From NCBI RefSeq assembly GCF_015500075.1, contig NZ_CP045496.1, positions 6,012,747-6,044,746 on the forward strand: DNA of 32,000 nucleotides, in the 5' to 3' direction. This document shows positions 25,470 to 32,000 of the stretch, in pieces. This stretch comes from Mesorhizobium sp. INR15. Lineage in GTDB: Bacteria; Pseudomonadota; Alphaproteobacteria; Rhizobiales; Rhizobiaceae. The notes beneath the pieces are model-generated. The model saw only the letters and a list, made by a program, of their open reading frames with translations. It was not told where the DNA came from and made no database searches. A program made the translations under genes and the position numbers. How positions within the stretch are numbered: position 1 is the first letter of the stretch; every line of letters begins with the position of its first letter.

Positions 25470-26482
25470 AGCGCGGATGCCTCAATACGGTAACGGGTGA
25501 CGAAGGGTGTTTCGGGTGAGAATTCCAGCGCCGTTGCGATGCCGGATTGTGTGATCGGATTGTCGGCCAACGCGGTCGCCGGGCCGAGCCCGAAGGGCGA
25601 GCAGACCGGCTCGATACCGATGGCGACATGACGCCCGTTCCACGGCGCTGCCTTGCGGCCGCGATTGGAGTACCAGAGCAGAAGGCTCGGGAAGTGTTCC
25701 TTCCGCCACGAGAGTTTTACCCGATAGCCGTCCGCGTGGTTGGCGAGCGCCGCCGTGCCGTCGAGACCCTCAATCTGCAGCAACTCCTCGGTATCGGCGG
25801 CCAGAGGCAGGCGCGAGGCGTCAGCCACGCCGCCGGGGCGCGCCGGCACGCTGGTCAGTTCGGTGAATGACCTGTCGCGGGCGAACAGCTCCGCGCCGGG
25901 CTCGACATCGTGTGGATAGGTGCGGCCTTGATCGAAGCGGCCGAGTTCCAGCGTGGCGGCGCCGGTCTCCAACGGCAGCCGGAACACTGGATGCAGCCCA
26001 ATGGGCAAGCGGCAGGGACGGCGAACCAGAACCTTGAACTCGATGTCGATGGCCGGCGCCGAAGGATCGGGTACTATCGTACGTTCAACGCACTCGACCG
26101 GGCTTCCCTGAGGATAGGCAAGCGACAGCGACAATGATCCCTTGCCGCTGTCGCGCCATGTCCAGTCATGGTTTGAGGCATGGCCATGGACCTCTTCATC
26201 TGGCTGAGGCGGACCCATCACGCGCGCCCAGGTCTCCGGCCATCCGTCGGCGGATACCGAGTAGCCGAAGGGCACGCAGGGCCATTCGCCACGCAACTTG
26301 CGCAATATTCCTGGCAGCGCTGCCGCGCCGGGTTCGTGCGACCACGGGGCGATGTGCATCGGCGAGACCTGCCGGCCATCGGCAAGCAGGAACGTAACGG
26401 GAGCCAGCATCGCGCCAAGCCGCTGGACAGTCAGCGCACCATGCGCCCAGCCCAATCCGCGATAGTCGTCGCCGTCCTTCAT
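25466..26482 (-). CDS. Galactose-mutarotase-fold (aldose 1-epimerase-like) protein of unknown function
   Basis: ORF track 338 aa. Its motif order resembles aldose-1-epimerase family proteins: LRGEWPCVPFG (cf. RGG-P-PWFG), HGHASNHDWTW (cf. HGFAR..W), GLHPVFRLP (cf. G-HPYF), IGIEPVCSPFG (cf. EP...). The call is by pattern only. ATGA overlap with the upstream gene. Confidence 0.45.
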   Translation of the reverse strand: MKDGDDYRGLGWAHGALTVQRLGAMLAPVTFLLADGRQVSPMHIAPWSHEPGAAALPGILRKLRGEWPCVPFGYSVSADGWPETWARVMGPPQPDEEVHGHASNHDWTWRDSGKGSLSLSLAYPQGSPVECVERTIVPDPSAPAIDIEFKVLVRRPCRLPIGLHPVFRLPLETGAATLELGRFDQGRTYPHDVEPGAELFARDRSFTELTSVPARPGGVADASRLPLAADTEELLQIEGLDGTAALANHADGYRVKLSWRKEHFPSLLLWYSNRGRKAAPWNGRHVAIGIEPVCSPFGLGPATALADNPITQSGIATALEFSPETPFVTRYRIEASAL

Positions 26483-27261
26483 GGACCCGCCTTCTTGACC
26501 GCACTCCTGTCAGCGAACTCCCTGACGCGCCGCTGGCCGATCTCGCTGCGGTAGAGGCCGCCCAGAATATCGCGCTCCATGGCGAGACCTTCGGCCAGAT
26601 CGCCCGACACAGCATGCGCCGTCAGCGTCTTCAGGCCTTCGATAGCGGCGGCGGGCTCGGCGGCGATCATCTGTGCCAGCTCCAGCGCGCGCGGCATCAA
26701 CCTGTCGACATCGACGATTTCGTTGACCAGCCCGGCATCGACGAATTGGGAAGCCGGCACGATGGCGCCGGTCATCAGCAAGAGGTTGGCGCGGTTGCGG
26801 CCAAGCCTGGCAACGCTGCGCTGCGTGCCGCCACCGCCAGGGATCAGCCCGAGCTTGATCTCCGGCAGGCCGAGCTTGGCGAATTGGTGGGCGATGACGA
26901 TGTCGCAGCACAGCACCAGTTCCATGCCGCCGCCCAGAGCGAAGCCGTTGACCGCCGCGATCACCGGCTTCGTATTGTTCTCGATCGCCGCGTACATGCG
27001 GGTGCCGGCGCCCTGGAACGTGTCGAACTCCGGCCCGCTCTGCGCGGCATATTCCTTGATGTCGGCGCCAGCCATGAAGCCGCGCCCCTCGCCGGTCACC
27101 ACGATCGCACCGATGCCTGCATCGCTGGACAGCGCCTCGAAAGCCTCGGTGATCTCGCCTTGCATCAGCCGGTTCATGGCATTGAGCTGGTCGGCGCGCC
27201 GGAAGGTGACGATCGCGACGCGGCCCGAGGTTTCGACCGTCAGTGTCTGGTAGGCTTTCAT
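26479..27261 (-). CDS. Enoyl-CoA hydratase/isomerase (crotonase) family protein
   Basis: ORF track 260 aa. Motifs: GRVAIVTFRRADQLNAMN, VVTGEGRGFMAGADIKE, AAVNGFALGGGMELVLCCD. Confidence 0.85.
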   Translation of the reverse strand: MKAYQTLTVETSGRVAIVTFRRADQLNAMNRLMQGEITEAFEALSSDAGIGAIVVTGEGRGFMAGADIKEYAAQSGPEFDTFQGAGTRMYAAIENNTKPVIAAVNGFALGGGMELVLCCDIVIAHQFAKLGLPEIKLGLIPGGGGTQRSVARLGRNRANLLLMTGAIVPASQFVDAGLVNEIVDVDRLMPRALELAQMIAAEPAAAIEGLKTLTAHAVSGDLAEGLAMERDILGGLYRSEIGQRRVREFADRSAVKKAGP

Positions 27262-27263
27262 CG

Positions 27264-28469
27264 TCAGGCCGCGTCCACGGTCATGTCGCCTGACGCCTCA
27301 AGTGCCGCGATCTCGTCCTTGGAGAAGCCGAACTCGGCCAGGATCTCGCGGCCATGCTGGCCGACCAGCGGTGCCGGCCGTTCGATGGTCGCCGGCGTCT
27401 CGCTCATCTTGACCGCCGGCCCGACCACCCGCACCTTGCCGCCGCGCGGATGATCATAGCTGGTGATCATCCCCATGTGCTTGACCTGCGGGTCCTCCGC
27501 CGCGCGGCGGATGTCCTTCACCTCGGCGCACCAGATGTCGACCGCCAGCAGCCGTGCCAGCAGATCCTGCGTAGCGAATTTTTTGGTCTCCGCATTGACC
27601 TTCTCGAAGACCTCGTCACGCCTGTCGAACAGGGTTTTCAGGTCGTCGTAGACGTCCAGCTGTGGCGCTTCCAGCACCTCGTAGAGCGTCTTGAACGGGC
27701 TCATGGCGATCGATATGTAGCCGCCGTCCTTGGTCTCGTAGATGCCGAACGGCGCCTGCATGCCGGGATGGCCGATGCCGGAATTGGGCCGCACGAAGTC
27801 CTCGCCGAGATTGAGCACGGCGACATATTCCTGGTTGAGGTGCGCCATCAGACCGGCCAGCAGGTTGACCTCGATCTTCTGGCCTTTGCCAGTCTTCTCG
27901 CGATAGTAGAGTGCCGACAGGATGCCGTAGACCATGTTCATGGCGCCGATCTGATCGGCGAGGCCGGCGCCGGCGGGAACCGGGGCCTGGTCGCCACGGC
28001 CGGTGTTGGCAATCAGCCCGGCGAGCCCCTGGATCAGCATGTCCTGGCCGGGGCGCTCGACATAGGGGCCTTCCTCGCCGTAGCCAGAACCCGAGCAATA
28101 GATGACGCGCGGATTGACGGCCTTGAAGTCCTCGTAGCCATAGCCGAGCTTGGCCAGCACGCCGGGGCGAAAATTCTGCACCACCACGTCGGCGGTCTTC
28201 GCCATCTCCATGATGATGGCATGCACCTTGCGGCTCTTTAGGTTGAGAGCGATCGAGCGCTTGTTGCGGTTCCAGGCGAGGAAATTCGGGCTCTCGGAGC
28301 CGCCCACCCATTTGGCGAAAAAGGTCATGCCGCGAAACATGTCGCCGGCCCCGGCGCGCTCGACCTTGATCACATCGGCGCCCATGTCGCCCAGCAATTG
28401 CGTGGCGAACGGCCCCTGCAGCAGATGGCTGAAATCGAGGATGCGTACGCCTTCGAGGGCCTTGTTCAT
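27264..28469 (-). CDS. Family III CoA-transferase (CaiB/BaiF/Frc type)
   Basis: ORF track 401 aa. The N-terminus LEGVRILDFSHLLQGPFATQLLGDMGADVIKVE is the family III signature region. Confidence 0.85.
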   Translation of the reverse strand: MNKALEGVRILDFSHLLQGPFATQLLGDMGADVIKVERAGAGDMFRGMTFFAKWVGGSESPNFLAWNRNKRSIALNLKSRKVHAIIMEMAKTADVVVQNFRPGVLAKLGYGYEDFKAVNPRVIYCSGSGYGEEGPYVERPGQDMLIQGLAGLIANTGRGDQAPVPAGAGLADQIGAMNMVYGILSALYYREKTGKGQKIEVNLLAGLMAHLNQEYVAVLNLGEDFVRPNSGIGHPGMQAPFGIYETKDGGYISIAMSPFKTLYEVLEAPQLDVYDDLKTLFDRRDEVFEKVNAETKKFATQDLLARLLAVDIWCAEVKDIRRAAEDPQVKHMGMITSYDHPRGGKVRVVGPAVKMSETPATIERPAPLVGQHGREILAEFGFSKDEIAALEASGDMTVDAA

Positions 28470-28490
28470 GTCATGTCTCGTTTCGTGTTT

Positions 28491-29276
28491 TCAAAGCAGT
28501 TCGGGGACGTAGCGCGGTGCCGCGGTCAGCCCGCCGTCGACGCGCAGATCGGTGCCGGTGGTAAAGCCCGCGGCGTCTGAGGCGAGATAAATGGCGGCTT
28601 CGGCCACTTCGGAGGGCTCGCCGATACGGCCAAGCGGATGCATCTTGACCCAGGCTTTTGCCAGATTGCCGCCGATCTCCTTGATCAGCCTGTCGTTCAT
28701 CGGCGTGTTGATGGTGCCGGGCGAAATCGAATTGACGCGGATGTTCATCGGGCCGAATTCGACCGCCATCTGCCGCGTCATCGCCATCACCGCGCCCTTG
28801 GCGCCGGCATAGGCGGTCCAGCCATCCAGCCCGATGTGGCCCTGCGCGGAGGCCATGTTGATGATCGAGCCGGACTTTTGCGCGATCATGTGCGGCAGCG
28901 CATATTTGCAGCCACGAAAGACGCTGGTCAGGTTGACTAATATCAGCCGGTGCCATTGCTCATCGGTCATCTCGTGCACCGGCATGCCGCCAATGGCGAT
29001 GGCTGCGTTGTTGACCAGCACGTCGAGATGTCCGGTCTTTTCGACGGCGCTGCCGATGAGGCTGACGATATCCGCCTCCTGCGAAACGTCGCAATGCACA
29101 TAGTTGGCGAGGTAGCCGGCCGCGCGCAGCGCCGCCGCGAAACCTTCCCCCGCCGTATCGGCGATATCGCCGAGGAAGACATGCGCGCCCTCGCGCGCCA
29201 TCGCCTGCGCGATCGCGTGGCCGATGCCGTCGGCGGCGCCGGTGATAACGGCGGTTTTTCCTTCGAGACGAGCCAT
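28491..29276 (-). CDS. Short-chain dehydrogenase/reductase (SDR) family oxidoreductase
   Basis: ORF track 261 aa. Motifs: TGAADGIGHAI (TGxxxGIG), NNAAI, and catalytic S...YAGAKGAV (YxxxK). Confidence 0.85.
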   Translation of the reverse strand: MARLEGKTAVITGAADGIGHAIAQAMAREGAHVFLGDIADTAGEGFAAALRAAGYLANYVHCDVSQEADIVSLIGSAVEKTGHLDVLVNNAAIAIGGMPVHEMTDEQWHRLILVNLTSVFRGCKYALPHMIAQKSGSIINMASAQGHIGLDGWTAYAGAKGAVMAMTRQMAVEFGPMNIRVNSISPGTINTPMNDRLIKEIGGNLAKAWVKMHPLGRIGEPSEVAEAAIYLASDAAGFTTGTDLRVDGGLTAAPRYVPELL

Positions 29277-29277
29277 G

Positions 29278-30276
29278 TCAGCCTCCAGTCGCGCGCCGGC
29301 GTTTCGCCTCGTCGAAGGCGACCGCGGCGATGATGATCATGCCGGTGATGACCAGCTGCCATTCGGTCGGCAGGCCAAGCCCGCGCAGGCCGTTGGACAG
29401 GAACTGCAAGATCAGCACGCCGAGCGCCATGCCGCCCAGGCTGCCGATGCCGCCGGCCAGGCTGACCCCGCCAAGCACGGTCGCGGCGACCACCTGGAAC
29501 TCGAAATTGAGCCCTGCCGTATGCTGCGCCGAACCGACACGGGCCGCCAGGATGATGCCGGCAACCGTCGCCAGCAGCGAGCTGATGATAAAGCAGATGA
29601 ACTTGACGCGCCGCACATCGTAGCCCGCCAGCCGCGCCACTTCCTGATTGCCGCCGACAGCATAGATCTGACGACCGAAAGGCCGATGGCGCATCATGTA
29701 GGCGAAAGCGGCGAGCAGGATGATCGCGATGACGGCCGAATACGGGATGATGTCGAACAGCCGGCCATCCGACAACGCGATGAAGCTGTCGAGGCTGGCG
29801 TCGTCCGGGATCGCGCGTTGGCCGGTGTAGAGATAGACGCCGCCGCGCATGATGAACATCGTGCCCAGCGTCACGATCAGCGAATTGATGCCGGCATAGG
29901 CGGTGAGGTAGCCGTTCACCACACCGATGATCAGGCCGAACAGCAGCGCGCCGCCGATGCCGAGCAGCAGGGAGTTGGTGTCGTTCATGATGATGATTAG
30001 CGGCAGCGCAATGGTCGCCAGCAGCGAGCCGATCGAAATATCGACTTCGCCGGAAATGAAGACGATGGCGCAGCCTGTGCCGGCGATCAGCGGCAGCGAC
30101 GCCTGGCCGAGCACATTGGTGATGTTGCGCACGGAAAAGAAGTTCTCCGCCGTGACGGAGAAGAAGGCGATGATCAGCACGAGGCAAACCAGCAGCGCCA
30201 CTTCCTGGCGCCGCAACAGGCGCGCGAGGAGCGACGGTTGCGCATGCGGATCGGCTGACAGCGAGGCGTTGCTCAT
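29278..30276 (-). CDS. Monosaccharide-type (CUT2; RbsC/AraH-like) ABC transporter permease
   Basis: ORF track 332 aa, highly hydrophobic with typical RbsC-like segments. GAGGCGG lies upstream of ATG 30276. Confidence 0.8.
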   Translation of the reverse strand: MSNASLSADPHAQPSLLARLLRRQEVALLVCLVLIIAFFSVTAENFFSVRNITNVLGQASLPLIAGTGCAIVFISGEVDISIGSLLATIALPLIIIMNDTNSLLLGIGGALLFGLIIGVVNGYLTAYAGINSLIVTLGTMFIMRGGVYLYTGQRAIPDDASLDSFIALSDGRLFDIIPYSAVIAIILLAAFAYMMRHRPFGRQIYAVGGNQEVARLAGYDVRRVKFICFIISSLLATVAGIILAARVGSAQHTAGLNFEFQVVAATVLGGVSLAGGIGSLGGMALGVLILQFLSNGLRGLGLPTEWQLVITGMIIIAAVAFDEAKRRRATGG

Positions 30277-30345
30277 GGTCTGGCCGCCTCTGCTTCAACA
30301 TCGATCTGTTCGAGATGCATCCCGACATGCGCCAACATGGCGATC

Positions 30346-31870
<1,525 letters not shown>

Positions 31871-31881
<11 letters not shown>

Positions 31882-32000
31882 TGGCTTTGCTCCGCACAAT
31901 GTCGAGATAGGTGGCCAGGATGATGACGACGCCCGGTACAATCATCTGCAGGTCCTGGTTCCAGCCGAGGATGATGATGCCGTTGTCGATGACCTTCAGC
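31871..32000 (-). CDS. C-terminal end of a second CUT2-type ABC permease (gene continues beyond the right edge)
   Basis: My reverse-strand translation gives ...LKVIDNGIIILGWNQDLQMIVPGVVIILATYLDIVRSKANAR*. Its stop is at 31873..31871, overlapping the ATPase start by 11 nt. This is a typical RbsC-family C-terminus. Confidence 0.6.

Noticed and set aside
26479-28469. CaiB + CaiD pair as a carnitine (cai) operon
   Set aside because: No caiA, caiC, caiT or fixABCX-like genes are present. The associated transporter is a CUT2 sugar-type ABC system, and the flanking genes (SDR, mutarotase-fold protein, lactonase) do not fit carnitine metabolism.

Overview
GC-rich, Rhizobiales-like alphaproteobacterial accessory-metabolism DNA; the Omp2b/RopA-type porin and the Tat-signal binding proteins point that way, but taxonomy is inference only. 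I call 28 coding regions, 25 of them on the minus strand, in tightly packed and often ATGA-overlapping operons. (1) 1-4302: an AmiC/AmiR (ANTAR antiterminator) sensor pair directly upstream of an amide/urea-type ABC importer, with three U-tract terminator hairpins in the leaders. (2) 4466-7869: a periplasmic beta-lactamase-fold serine hydrolase, an M20 amidohydrolase and a divergent AraC regulator, separated by a 23-nt tandem repeat. (3) 7932-9080: a porin. (4) 9522-17102: a six-gene Dpp/Opp-type peptide ABC operon ending in an unusually large (710 aa) C45-type Ntn hydrolase. (5) 17663-22777: a hydroquinone/maleylacetate-type aromatic cluster (decarboxylase, maleylacetate reductase, VOC ring-cleavage dioxygenase, carboxylesterase) with a second AraC regulator. 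(6) 22842-32000: one long operon joining a CUT2 sugar-type ABC importer to an SDR, two unrelated CoA-transferases, a crotonase, a mutarotase-fold protein and an SMP-30 lactonase. I saw no rRNA, tRNA, CRISPR, transposase, integrase, phage or recognisable defence genes. The most unusual signals are non-coding or contextual. One is a ~170-nt intergenic element present twice, at the same distance upstream of the porin gene and of the peptide binding-protein gene. Its core motif (CGAAAA-N-YGYAAT-N18-CTA on the minus strand) recurs in four intergenic regions. The others are the leader terminators around amiCR, the tandem repeat in the AraC/M20 divergent region, and the hybrid sugar-import/CoA-thioester operon, which matches no pathway I recognise. 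All product calls rest on motif and architecture recognition by eye; no database search was possible.
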